Shown here: piece after piece, positions 10,502 to 20,982 of the stretch
How the letters are laid out: each line of letters begins with the position of its first letter
Numbering within the stretch: position 1 is the stretch's first letter
NCBI GenBank assembly: GCA_963775895.1
Contig: CAVZKL010000017.1
Location: 128,001-192,000, forward strand
Length of the DNA: 64,000 nt
Direction of reading: 5' to 3'
From: Candidatus Bathyarchaeota archaeon
GTDB taxonomy: Archaea > Thermoproteota > Bathyarchaeia > Bathyarchaeales > Bathycorpusculaceae
Position numbers and translations under genes: made by a program
Notes under the pieces: model-generated
What the model was told of the DNA's origin: nothing
The model's database searches: none
The model's input: only the letters and a program-made list of their open reading frames with translations

Positions 10502-10683
10502 CCAGACAGCTTCTGAAGGTCTGCAGAGTCGACGCGTTGAATTAAAAAGTTTCTAAATCAGCAGACCACGTGCGTTTGCGGGCTTCAACGAGTGAATTTA
10601 GACTCGTGTTTGCTGATTAAGATCATCGATTCATAATTGATTTATCTGGAACCGGGCAACATGCAAAGAAAGGGTGCGCAGAA

Positions 10684-11016
10684 ATGAGAAGGTCTAAGCT
10701 GGAAACCTACGAGGCGATTCTGGAGGCATTGATGAAGAAGCCTCTGGACGTCGATCGAATCGCGTATGAAACGGGCCTAGATTGCGCCGTGCTGAATCAG
10801 CGTTTGAGCTTCCTGTTGGAGAATGGATTGGTCGAAGAGAGATTTCTGACGAAGAAAACGCTTTACGCCATCACGGAAAGAGGCGTGACTGTTTTCAAGA
10901 CTTTGAACTTCAACAAATATCTTGAGAAAGTGTCACACGCTCTTTCGGCTATCGATGACGCAATGGACACTTTGCCTTTGATTTCAAAGGACCAAGATGA
11001 ACCGCTGGAAGAGTAG
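10684..11016 (+). CDS. Winged helix-turn-helix transcription regulator (archaeal MRRSKLE type)
   Basis: MRRSKLE..IL..L, RIAYETGL, YAITERG; paralog of 55218-55511. Confidence 0.85.
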   Translation: MRRSKLETYEAILEALMKKPLDVDRIAYETGLDCAVLNQRLSFLLENGLVEERFLTKKTLYAITERGVTVFKTLNFNKYLEKVSHALSAIDDAMDTLPLISKDQDEPLEE

Positions 11017-11063
11017 AACGAAAGGTAATAAGCAGGCTGTGGCGCAGTCCTAAGCGAGGAATA

Positions 11064-12053
11064 ATGGTCAGACTCTCGCCCGAAAGTCTATGGCAGTTGA
11101 ACGAAGAGGAACTCGAGGAAATTCTCGATCGAGACTTTTTGCCCAGCCGAAGGAAGGAAATTCGCTTCTACGCGCCGAGCTTCATGTACTATAAAACGGA
11201 TTATTTCTGTTCTTCGTCAGACGATTTTCCAACGATATCCGTCACGGGCAGGAGTTGCGCTCTGAAGTGCAAGCACTGCGGCGGAATAGTGCTGAACACG
11301 ATGCACGAAGCCACCACTCCTGAAGCGCTTTTTAAAACGTGCGCAACTCTGAAGCAAAGGGGGGCAATAGGCTGCTTGATAAGCGGCGGATGTTTGCCCA
11401 ACGGTGCCGTTCCTATCGGCGGCTTTATCGCCACTATAGCGCAGATCAAGAAACAACTCCAATTGACGGTTTTCGTGCACACGGGAATCATCGATTTCGA
11501 GACCGCAAAAGACTTGCGGAAGGCTGGAGTCGACGCAGCACTGATCGATGTTCTGGGCTCAGATGAAACTATACGTGAAATATACAATTTGAGAACGACA
11601 GTGAAGGATTATGCTGATTCGCTACGGGCTCTGACTGAAGCAGGGATTCCGTTCGTGCCCCACGTTATCGTTGGGCTTCACTACGGCAAACTCAAAGGCG
11701 AGCTGAGCGCGTTACAGATGATCTCCGAGTACGTGCCGTCGGCTCTGGTCGTGATTGCGTTCATGCCAATACGCAAGACTGATATGGAAAACGTCAGCCC
11801 CCCAAAACCACAGGACGTTGCAAGGGTCGTGGCGGCCAGCAGACTGATGTTCCCTCAGATTCCAGTGGTGTTGGGCTGTATGCGGGCAAGAGATGACCTC
11901 AGAAGCGAGACTGAAATCTTGGCGATAAAAGCCGGTGCGGATGCAATTGCTTTTCCGACGGAGCAGGCTGTGAAGTTTGCCGAAAGCCGCGGATTGAAAA
12001 CTTCCTTTTCCTCCTATTGTTGCTCGCAGATCTATCTTGACATGAGGACCTAG
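11064..12053 (+). CDS. lipS1: Radical SAM protein, archaeal lipoyl synthase subunit LipS1-like
   Basis: ISVTG..CALKCKHC, GCLISGG, PHVIVGL, LGCMR and C-terminal CC (LipS1 signatures). Confidence 0.8.
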   Translation: MVRLSPESLWQLNEEELEEILDRDFLPSRRKEIRFYAPSFMYYKTDYFCSSSDDFPTISVTGRSCALKCKHCGGIVLNTMHEATTPEALFKTCATLKQRGAIGCLISGGCLPNGAVPIGGFIATIAQIKKQLQLTVFVHTGIIDFETAKDLRKAGVDAALIDVLGSDETIREIYNLRTTVKDYADSLRALTEAGIPFVPHVIVGLHYGKLKGELSALQMISEYVPSALVVIAFMPIRKTDMENVSPPKPQDVARVVAASRLMFPQIPVVLGCMRARDDLRSETEILAIKAGADAIAFPTEQAVKFAESRGLKTSFSSYCCSQIYLDMRT

Positions 12054-13692
12054 CTATTTCTGATACGCAACAATCACTGTCATCAACAGCAAATTCTGTC
12101 ACAGCCGCTGCGGAGAAGACTGGCAAAACGAATGCTGGAAACAAGAAGAAGCTGACGAAGGCCAGAACTATCGGTACGGCAGCGAAGATGTATCCTGGAA
12201 TGAGAATCATGATGTACGTAGTCATTCTTGAGTAGATGTTGCCCACGGCAAAGCCTTCCGTCCAGAATTTCCTGAGCAGAATCGTGATCTCGAGCATCGT
12301 TGCGGCGGCGACGGAGAACGTGTGAATGATTCCGAAGGCGGCAATAGCGAAGTAGTCCTTTCCGATGAAGAACGCGACTGCCGTGAGGATAATGATAGAG
12401 ATGACGTAAATGATCGTTGCCATGAGGGTTTTTGCGGTGATCAACGTCCTCTTTTTCAGGGGCAGATGCCTCGTGTACGCCGAGGCTAAGCCTTCGATCG
12501 ACAGAAGAGTCGGGGGAAGCAGAAGCGTCAGCATTGAAATCCCCGTCAGCATACCGAGAGCGGTGCTGGGTCCGATTTCGTTGAAAGAGGTGAACGTTGC
12601 CGCCAGCACGACGGTCTGCACAACCGGTAGGAGAAACAGGCTTGCGTAAGCCGGCGATCTGGAGGCGACCCTTATGTCCTTGCGGATGATCCCGATCCAC
12701 GGGATCTGAGGTGTGATGATCGTGTCTTTAACAGTCTCTCTGACACTTCGTGCCACGTTGCCCGTTCCGATTTCTCTCACGGTTCGAGTGACCCATCGTA
12801 AACAGTAGTAGGCGAGGAGCGCGTATGCACCCGAGGACACGATCGACAAGCCAAGAGTTGCGTAGTTCACGCCTTTCGTGAAAGTGGTGTAAGAGGCTAG
12901 AAACGCGTACGAAAAAGGATAGACCAGGACGAGTGCCTGTGAAATAGACGCAAGACCCTGCGTCAGGAAGGCAAAGGATTCCACTATTTGTCTTGCGAAA
13001 TTCACCACGAGATACGCTGCGAATGTTGGAAGAATCCACACGAGCATAAACATGAACCTCAAGACTGTCTGCAGCCTTGATCTGCCTCCTGCTCTTGCCA
13101 CCTTTGCATAGAAGAATCTGGCCAACAGAACGGTGAGAGCCAGTGCGAAGATTTCACTAACAACAACGCCCGCGAGAGATATGATTCCGCCCAGAACCGA
13201 GCCGCCGATGAAGAAGAAGACTCCTAGGAAAATCGCGGCCGCCGCGACCAAGGGGATATCGAATATTCTCACGAAGCACAAGAACACGATTCTGGAAATG
13301 TCTTGTTTCGAAAGGGGGAGAGGGCTGAGAACGTCCACGATTTTGGACGACACGAAGGATGTGGACATCTGAAGTCCCATGAAGACTATCAGGAAAAGCA
13401 CGACTGTGAGAAAGGCCGAGATGCCTCCTGGAAGGGCCACTTCTTTCGGAACGGGCTGTCCCATCTCAGGAAGAATTATTGGCAGGAAAACGGTGACTGC
13501 GAAAACTGCCAGAAAGACCGTGGTGACCAGCTTGCTGATCAGCGTGTTGAATTTGGCGTTGGAAACAAGCTGCTTGATGTCCCTTCTTCCGCCCTGAGGG
13601 AGTCCTGACCCGGCTCGAAGCGAAAAGATGGATTGGAACGAGACTTCCCTGTAGACCGTGCTCGACAGTCGCCAAAGTTCCGAGAATTTCAC
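12054..13692 (-). CDS. ABC exporter permease (multi-TM); true stop probably at 12054 after a frameshift near 12090
   Basis: Many hydrophobic segments, LSPLPLS motif, directly downstream of the ATPase; the shifted frame gives LLMTVIVAYQK* abutting the lipS1 stop. Confidence 0.8.
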
Positions 13693-13700
13693 GGCGTCTT

Positions 13701-14474
13701 CTACTCCTCTTCGAGAGCCTTGATGATGTCTTGCATTCCTGCTTCCTGCTCTGTGACTTTCAGGAAAATGTCTTCCAAAGAGCCTTCTGCACTTCGCACG
13801 AGTTTCCGAAGATCATCCACCGTGCCTTCGCCGACTATCTTTCCCTTGTTTATTATCCCCACGCGCGTGCACAGTTTTTCGGCGACTTCCATTATGTGCG
13901 TCGAGAATATGACGGCTCCACCCTTCTTGGCGTGGTAGGTTATGAGTTCCTTGAGGATTTTCGAGGCGCGAGCGTCCAGTCCGATCAGTGGTTCATCCAG
14001 AATCAGAAGCTTCGGGTCATGCAATAGCGCAGCGAGCAGTGCGACTTTCTGTTTGTTACCCATCGAGAGGGCAGCAATGGGCGTGTCAAAGTATTGGTTC
14101 AGTTCAAAGGCAGACACGAATCTTTCGAGCCTGGAGTTGACGGTCTTCTTGTCCAATCGTCTGATCGAGGCCGTGAACTCTAGGAACTCCCTCGGCGTGA
14201 GTGAGTCTAACAACACGACTTCTTCGGGCACGTAGCCGATTTGGCTTTTTGCCGCCACTTCGTCTGAGATCGGTGTGTTGTATATTTCGACCTTGCCGCC
14301 TCGCGGTTGCAGTACTCCTACTAGCACTTTGATCGTGGTGGTCTTGCCCGCGCCGTTGGGACCCAGGAGTCCGTAGATCTCGCCGTTCCTTACTGTGAAC
14401 GACAGGTTTTCGACAGCCACGAACGAACCGTAGCTGACGACCAGTCCTTCAACTCTCACCGCGGTCAATTCCAT
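13701..14474 (-). CDS. ABC transporter ATP-binding protein
   Basis: GPNGAGKTT, LSMGNKQK, LLILDEP, STH. Confidence 0.95.
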   Translation of the reverse strand: MELTAVRVEGLVVSYGSFVAVENLSFTVRNGEIYGLLGPNGAGKTTTIKVLVGVLQPRGGKVEIYNTPISDEVAAKSQIGYVPEEVVLLDSLTPREFLEFTASIRRLDKKTVNSRLERFVSAFELNQYFDTPIAALSMGNKQKVALLAALLHDPKLLILDEPLIGLDARASKILKELITYHAKKGGAVIFSTHIMEVAEKLCTRVGIINKGKIVGEGTVDDLRKLVRSAEGSLEDIFLKVTEQEAGMQDIIKALEEE

Positions 14475-14632
14475 TGATAATCCTTCACCAGTGAATCATA
14501 ACTTCCTTGTTCTGTTGCCTTAATACATTTCCCTCGCCAACAACTAAACAAACGTGAAGGATTCTGACTTTCGAAGTGATTCGAAGTAACTGAAACGCTT
14601 TGCACTTTCACAAAAACACCGCGAAACGTTGA

Positions 14633-15232
14633 CTACTTTCCTGACCGTGAGCCATTGCTTACCATTTTGAAACCGAGAACTACAGCCCACAACGATGCGG
14701 CGAGGGCCGAAAGAGTCTCTGGAATCGCTACGCCGGGCACGTATCTGATTATGAATTCCAAGATCCACACCAAGGCAGCAAACAAGGCCACTGCCAGAGT
14801 GAACACTGCTTTCTTAGGTTTGGCCAGAGAAAAAAGGATATCGTAAACACAAGCATGGAAACAGGGAACAAGGCAAAGAAAGCCACGGACGCGTAGACAT
14901 GCATTGGCGTCATGTTCTCTGTAAAAACTCCTATGCTGGTGAGTGCAACGGCACAGAGCAAGAAGATTATTGCACCAAACCGACCGAGAACGCTTTTCTC
15001 AAAGCTGAGATAGAGCCCGGTCGCAAACAGCATGGTCAATATTCCGCTGATTATCAACCCTGCGTTGAACACGATAGCCGTGGTCCCCTGACATCACGCC
15101 TAAGTCGCTCAGGGCGTTGTCAGTCCAACTGAAACTGGGTGCCAAAGTTGTTGCAGCCAGTATGCATCCGAACGCAATCATGGGAGTGATTATTCCGAAA
15201 AAGCCAGATACCCTAATCCATGTCTTTCTCAT
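14633..15232 (-). CDS. DUF998-like membrane protein; two apparent frameshifts
   Basis: PSFSWTDNALSDLG, FNAGLI, IGVFTE..H, and GVAIPE in the third frame. Confidence 0.7.
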
Positions 15233-15367
15233 TGAGCTCCTCAAGCTCTTCCCTCTGTATGCCAAAGTATCTAGTTTATGCAGTGTAAAAACGTGACGTT
15301 TTGTCTGCAGACCACAAGTAACTCTGGGCGCTAGTGCGTAGCCAGCGCCTTCGGCAACCTTGATGAT

Positions 15368-16489
15368 CTATGGTGGAACGAATCTTCTTAGTCTATCAAG
15401 TGAGCTTATTCTTTCTTTGTTCCCTATCTTTGCTTCTTGAACTGCTTGTCTGAGTATCTGTACGGATTGATCCATCGCTTTTCGGTCAACAGGGTATGGG
15501 ACTCCGTCTTTTCCTCCGTAGGCGAAGGAATATTTCACGGGATCTTTCCAGCTTGGCTTCTCACCGTAGATCAGTTCGGCGATTAAGGCTAGTCCTCTGA
15601 CGGTCGCTGGACCGACGCCTCTGAAGCTGAGGAGCTCTTCATAATTGGCTGGCTGGAACTCGTAAACGTTTTTCAGTGTTTTCCAGTTGATGTTCCATGG
15701 CATGGACAGCATTTGAGGCAGATTTCTCGCCTCCACGTCAATCGTGCTTGGTATCCATTCACTCAACGATTTCTGGAATTCCGGCCTGGCTGACATGACC
15801 AGCCGCATCAGTCGTTTCGGTTGCTCCTTCACCAGATCGACTGAAGCCTTGCGACATCCCTCACTCTCCTTTGCGGTCAGGTCTAGCACCATTGGCTTCT
15901 TTGCTTCTCCAACGATCGCGTTGTGCGGTTCAACAACGAATTCTTTCACTTTGTCGGAGAGCCAGTGGTATCGTCTCGCCGTACGATCCTGCTCGCATAG
16001 ACCCTGCTGCACAACGGCCCATTTTTTGCCTTCTGTTAAGAAGAAAGCATGGTGGTAGAGCTGATAGCCTGCCTGAATCGCGGTGTTGTCGACTTTTGCG
16101 CTCATTCTGCTCGCGTATTTCAGGGATTCAACGTTGCTGTCTGAGAAGCCAAACTTTTCTCCGACTGCTTGAATTTCCTCAGGCGCGAGTCGAGAGGCTC
16201 TGCCCTTGCCTCCGCAGACAGCGATGCCATGCTCTTCCGGAGTTATTGCCTGTTTCAGAACGCCAGTTAGCACCGTCGTGACACCCGAGGAGTGCCAGTC
16301 GTAGCCTAGAACGCAGCCGAGCGCTTGGAACCAGAAAGGGTCAGAGACTCGTTTCAGAAACTCTTCGGAGCCATACTCTTCAAGTATGATTGAAGTGATT
16401 TCTTTTGCAAGTTTTCGCATCCGCACGATGAGGTATCTGGGGGCTTTTCCGTAGTGAAGTGGGAGTTTGGCGAAGCCTGTTCTTTGCAA
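15368..16489 (-). CDS. DUF763 family protein
   Basis: LPLHYGKAP, DPFWFQALGCVLGYDWHSSG, AKVDN, RRYHW, GGKDGVP. Confidence 0.9.
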   Translation of the reverse strand: MQRTGFAKLPLHYGKAPRYLIVRMRKLAKEITSIILEEYGSEEFLKRVSDPFWFQALGCVLGYDWHSSGVTTVLTGVLKQAITPEEHGIAVCGGKGRASRLAPEEIQAVGEKFGFSDSNVESLKYASRMSAKVDNTAIQAGYQLYHHAFFLTEGKKWAVVQQGLCEQDRTARRYHWLSDKVKEFVVEPHNAIVGEAKKPMVLDLTAKESEGCRKASVDLVKEQPKRLMRLVMSARPEFQKSLSEWIPSTIDVEARNLPQMLSMPWNINWKTLKNVYEFQPANYEELLSFRGVGPATVRGLALIAELIYGEKPSWKDPVKYSFAYGGKDGVPYPVDRKAMDQSVQILRQAVQEAKIGNKERISSLDRLRRFVPP

Positions 16490-16526
16490 GCGGTCATCTC
16501 TTCTGTTTCGCTCGTTGGCAATTGGA

Positions 16527-17009
16527 TTAAGGACTCTTTTGCTTTAAAACGTGTCCTTCGCGGTCTATTTCTCCGCTTCTTATCCGGGTTGTGGATATGG
16601 GTGTGTGATTCTCGGACGGGATCATGTCTATTACGAATATCTGAAGTGGCGGCAATTTTTTTTCTTTTCTTTTCTTGTTTATATTAGTCGCTATTGACTC
16701 GGTTTCCTTGCTAACGACGAGGGCATCAACAAGCCCTTTTTCCAATGTGACACCGTAAGGGTCGTTGAGGGGAATGATTTTTGCTCGGACCGACCATCCA
16801 TATTCTTGTAGAAATCTTTCCAGGTCTTTCAGTCGTTCTTCGTATGAGGCAACGATGTGTGGTTTGTTAATCTTCTCGGCGAATTCGTCAGAGGAGAGAC
16901 CGATCAAAACGTTCTCGCCAACGTCAAAAGCCTTTGTAAGCAGGGCCTTGTGTCCTCTGTGGAGCTCGTCGAATGTGCCGCCTACAGCCACGTTCTTCAC
17001 TTTTTTCAT
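16527..17009 (-). CDS. coaD: Phosphopantetheine adenylyltransferase (archaeal)
   Basis: VAVGGTFDELHRGH, DPYG, LVVSKET, ISTTRIR. Confidence 0.92.
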   Translation of the reverse strand: MKKVKNVAVGGTFDELHRGHKALLTKAFDVGENVLIGLSSDEFAEKINKPHIVASYEERLKDLERFLQEYGWSVRAKIIPLNDPYGVTLEKGLVDALVVSKETESIATNINKKRKEKKLPPLQIFVIDMIPSENHTPISTTRIRSGEIDREGHVLKQKSP

Positions 17010-17018
17010 CTTTCTGGT

Positions 17019-17955
17019 TCATCCCAGCAGTCTTGCGCCTTGGAAGTCGATTTTTGCCGTGATGATTTTTTCTTGGGGCAGCACTTGCATAAAAGCTTGA
17101 ACAACCCTTTTTGCGTTTTCCGATGTTGTTAGCGCGTGAATCACTTCGCCTACCATGTTCTGGGCCGCGCCTATTGCTCCTGCTCTTTCGGCAAGATCTG
17201 CTAGTTCTCGTAACTTGGGATTCATGAAGCCTGTTTCTTCCGCAAAATCTCGGCAGGAATGCATGAAGTTTTCAGGTGAAGGATTTGACAGGATTTTTTG
17301 CAGGGTTTTTCTGCCGCTCTTGTTGATCGCATGTCGTTTTTCAGACGAGGATAGGACACTCTTCGTTGGTATGCCCTGCAGCACTCCAGCGACGATGACG
17401 TGATTTGGCGTGAGAGGGATTCGGTCTATAACCGCCTTTCCCGGTGCGCCTGGCTCAACGGTGAGTATGCAACCGCCAATCATCAATGGGCCCACTGTTC
17501 CGAGTCCGGTTTTGCATTTGATCTCCGCAGCGTGGGCAATCTGTCCCAGCTCATTGTAGGTGTGGGTCAGGCCCAAGGCTTTCGACAAAGCCAACGCCGT
17601 GCTCAAGGCGCCCGCGGCGCTGGTTCCAAACCCCGCTCCGATAGGAACTTCGATTTGATGTTTGACTTTGACATCGAAGGTTGAATCAGCCTGTTGCAGA
17701 AGCATTCTCACCACAGTGCTGGTCGTTTCGGCTTCGGATGTGTGTTGCCCATTTATTTCTACTTGTATCTTGCTCTTTTCCAGCAGATGCGACGCTGACT
17801 TCGGTTGTTACTCCTTTTTCGATTACGAAGCCGCCGCCCCTGGCTCCTATCCTTTGAGGATCTGTAATTGGTTTTCCATCTTCCAGCGTGTCACATATCT
17901 CAAAAAAACTTGAAATTCCCGCGGGAGCAAATGCCCTCGCAGTCTTCGCTGACAA
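17019..17955 (-). CDS. Pantoate kinase (GHMP family); apparent frameshift near 17760
   Basis: AFAPAGISSFF, GARGGGF, PIGAGFGTSAAG, AHAAEI..TGLGTV; adjacent to coaD. Confidence 0.85.
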
Positions 17956-18699
17956 TTATTCTCCTCTTTCTTCGGTTTTTTTCTTAAGCCCAAGAGAGGG
18001 AAACGCACGTTGACACGCTTTAATCACAGGTGGACCTACGAGCAAGACGAACGGTATCTCCGTCGCAAAAGTCCAGATAAAAATTGCTGGAATAAAAGAA
18101 GCCTGAATGGGTTGTTTGAAGTACGCCGTCGCTGAATAGAACAATTGACTGTAGCCCCACACTCCAACCGCCACGATTGCTGCTCCAACGCCCTGTCCAA
18201 TTACAGACCCCACACCGTAACTTCTCCATTCACGCCAGCGCCTCGAAGCGATCAGTATCACACTCAAACTTACGATAACGGTCATAATAAATATGGCAAC
18301 GATCTCCCAAGTTGGCAAACCTGTGAGTCCCGCGAATTGATCAGGCAACAATAAGGTTGGGAGCAATAAGCCACCAGCCACGATCACGCCAGCCAACGCC
18401 GTGCCCAAAGCCAGTTTTTTCGAATCTAGGCTTCTCTGCGAAACGTAACCAATGATAAAGAACATGACAAAATTGGACGTGACGCCCGCGGTGAGACTCA
18501 GCAAGGGGTCTCCATGGAAAAGCATATCCCTAACAAAAATGCCTATAGCAGCACCTGTCCCTCCAACCCAGGGTCCATATAGAACGGCGAAAATTGCAGG
18601 TATGACAGCGGCAGGCCAAAAGGCTACACCTATAAAGGTGAGACCGAGGTCCGTCAGCCGCCCAATTACAGCATACATCGCAGCGCATATGCCTAACAC
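17956..18699 (-). CDS. ECF-type transporter substrate-binding (S) component-like membrane protein; true start probably slightly upstream
   Basis: AAMYAV, FWPAAVIPAIFAVLYGPWVGGTGAAIG; multiple TM helices. Confidence 0.7.
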   Translation of the reverse strand: MLGICAAMYAVIGRLTDLGLTFIGVAFWPAAVIPAIFAVLYGPWVGGTGAAIGIFVRDMLFHGDPLLSLTAGVTSNFVMFFIIGYVSQRSLDSKKLALGTALAGVIVAGGLLLPTLLLPDQFAGLTGLPTWEIVAIFIMTVIVSLSVILIASRRWREWRSYGVGSVIGQGVGAAIVAVGVWGYSQLFYSATAYFKQPIQASFIPAIFIWTFATEIPFVLLVGPPVIKACQRAFPSLGLKKKTEERGE

Positions 18700-18914
18700 C
18701 GCAACATCCGAGGTCTTCGTCGCTTACCACTCTCATCGAAGTATGAATGTCTGTTGAAAAATAAGGTTTCCGTATGAATTGTCTATACAAGTCTAAACAC
18801 GCCTAATCTATCCCTCAGCAGGCAAAGACTGGACAGTTTCGTAATCACTTTCTGGTTTCGAGTCTTTTAAATATGGAACATGACATTTTCTACGTGAAAC
18901 GATGAGGGCCGCAG

Positions 18915-19603
18915 ATGTCTGATGAATACGCGTCTCGTTACTTATTCACTCTTCTCAAATTGGCCGAGATGGGGGCACATCGTAGAACGGCCAAGATCTC
19001 AACCGAGTATTTGGCCAGAAGCTTGATACTTCTCAACAGACGGCTTCACGTTATCTTATTGAACTTGACCGCATGGGTTGGATCAAGAGAACGGCAACAC
19101 CTGAGGGTTGTCTGATAAGAATCACGGACGTGGGCACACGAGAGCTCAACAAACTGCATCAGACGCTTCGCTTTGTGATGGAAGCGACTTATCCACCGTC
19201 AATAACCCTGGAAGGCACCGTGTTCACTGGATTGGGGGAGGGAGCGTACTACATTTCCAAGGAGAAATACCGGAAACAGTTCATGGAGAAGCTGGGGTTC
19301 GATCCATATCCAGGCACGCTCAACTTGAAACTCACGACCGAGTATGACTTTAAGGCTCGAAACGAACTTGAAGCTTATCCAGCAGTGGAAATCGAGGGTT
19401 TCATAAACGAAGACCGCACTTTTGGATCCGTGAAGTGCTATCCCGTCATAGTCCAAAACAAGGTCAAAGGCGCGTTAATCACTGCACTGAGAAGCCATTA
19501 TGACGTTTCGGTTTTGGAGATCATTGCACCCGTTCCTCTTCGAAAAGCTCTCAATCTCAAAGACGGCCACAAAGTGAAGATTGAAGTCTTGACTCTCCCG
19601 TAG
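18915..19603 (+). CDS. ribK: CTP-dependent riboflavin kinase with N-terminal HTH (RbkR-type); apparent frameshift near 19025
   Basis: HTH ending SQQTASR in the shifted frame; GTVFTGLGEGAYY, LGFDPYPGTLN, LEIIAP..LR. Confidence 0.9.
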
Positions 19604-19618
19604 TCGTCGCGCGCGCTT

Positions 19619-20248
19619 TCATTGACCATATGAGCTGGGGTAGTTGTATTGATAGGTCACTTGACGCGAAGGTCTACGACTTGCTGCAAACAGGTAACCA
19701 AGTGCCAATCCCACGACGAGTCCTCCCAGGTGTGCCCATATGTTGACGTTGGGAGCAATATTGATCGTGAAAAGGAAGAAAGCATAGACCAGTGCTGTCA
19801 ATATCGATTGTCCAATGGACCGTCTGGAATATATCATGACAGCTCCGAGCACACCGAAGATAGCGCCCGAGGCTCCCAAGGAGATAAAGTCGGTCGACAA
19901 CATCAAAGCGGTCAACAACGTCAAAGCGTTTCCTGCCAGTCCACTTAAAAAGTAGATCGTCATGTATTCTTTTAAGTCGAACATCTTTTCGGCCCTCAAT
20001 CCGTATATGAAGAGGAATAGCATGTTGCCAGCGATGTGTGCGATGTCAGCGTGGACAAACATTGATGTAATCATCCGCCACCATTCGCCTTGGAAAACAT
20101 ACGGGACGTACAATACTGTTGCCTCGTAGAACGCGCTGTCGTTTGTTTGGATGGCGCTCCCTCCATAGTACGATGTTACGATGTAGACGGCTACGTTTGC
20201 TGCGATGAGAATGAAGGTTGGAATGAATCTCTGCGAATTCTTGTACGT
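19619..20248 (-). CDS. Rhomboid intramembrane serine protease
   Basis: WWRMITSMFVH, HIAGNM, GASGAIFG, AHLGG; frame stays open upstream through a TM helix to about 20248. Confidence 0.9.
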   Translation of the reverse strand, partial: TYKNSQRFIPTFILIAANVAVYIVTSYYGGSAIQTNDSAFYEATVLYVPYVFQGEWWRMITSMFVHADIAHIAGNMLFLFIYGLRAEKMFDLKEYMTIYFLSGLAGNALTLLTALMLSTDFISLGASGAIFGVLGAVMIYSRRSIGQSILTALVYAFFLFTINIAPNVNIWAHLGGLVVGLALGYLFAASRRPSRQVTYQYNYPSSYGQ

Positions 20249-20253
20249 ACGGC

Positions 20254-20731
20254 TTACCTCTTGGATTGTTCCATTATTTTCTGCTTGATTTTTGAAGAGC
20301 TATCCAACTCGTCTGAGCTGAATTTTCCAACTTTGACTATTCTGATCCTTAAACCTTTCTTCTTCACTGCTTCTGCCACCGCCTGCTCCAGGCCGCTGGA
20401 GTGACTGTCATGGCCAACCGCAACGATGTCTGGTCTAAGTTTGTCAAGCACCTTATCCCATGTCAAAATCTTCGTATCCCAGCATTGCCTCGTCAACAAC
20501 CTTAAGGGAAGCGACCAACGCACATCTCTGGTTCTCTGGCATTATAGGCTTCCTTCCCTTTCTCTTTTCCACGGTACTATCTCTTGCCACGATCACTATC
20601 AGCTTCGCATGGGGTCCACCTGCTTTCTTGGCTTCCTCCAGAAACCTGACGTGTCCAAGATGGAGCAGATCGAATACGCCCGAGGCAAGAACTATTTTAT
20701 TCTTTTTGCTTTTCTTGCTTTTGAGGGCCAT
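20254..20731 (-). CDS. ribL: FAD synthase (cytidylyltransferase family); apparent frameshift near 20460
   Basis: ASGVFDLLHLGH, VIVARD, KVVD, PDIVAVGHD, SSSKIK. Confidence 0.85.
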
Positions 20732-20982
20732 TCAAAACTCACTGCTCCCAACAGTCTAAGCGCGTCAAGTAAACCTTCACAATAGGCGATCGACGTTAGG
20801 CTGACCTCGAATTTCTTCTTTTCCCTGTAGAACTTGGCGTCCTGTAGATAGTCTTTGGCCCAATCTACCACTTCTTCGACCTTGCCCCGTTCCAGATTTA
20901 TCGGTGTTTTGCTGGCTTGCATCTTGCGAAAAACAGTTTCCGTGGTTTCTATGTATTTTGTTGCAAGTTGTTGCGCATTCAT
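20692..20982 (-). CDS. DUF357 family protein
   Basis: AKDYLQDAKFY..SIAYCEGLLDALRLLG; usual position next to dph5. Confidence 0.85.
   Translation of the reverse strand: MNAQQLATKYIETTETVFRKMQASKTPINLERGKVEEVVDWAKDYLQDAKFYREKKKFEVSLTSIAYCEGLLDALRLLGAVSFEWPSKARKAKRIK

Noticed and set aside
9581-10516. 311-aa plus-strand ORF, and similar long antisense ORFs such as 44707-45528 and 52772-53386
   Set aside because: Antisense to well-supported genes and lacking recognisable motifs
11899-12053. 155-bp convergent overlap between the ABC permease and lipS1
   Set aside because: Explained by a frameshift near 12090; the corrected stop is at 12054
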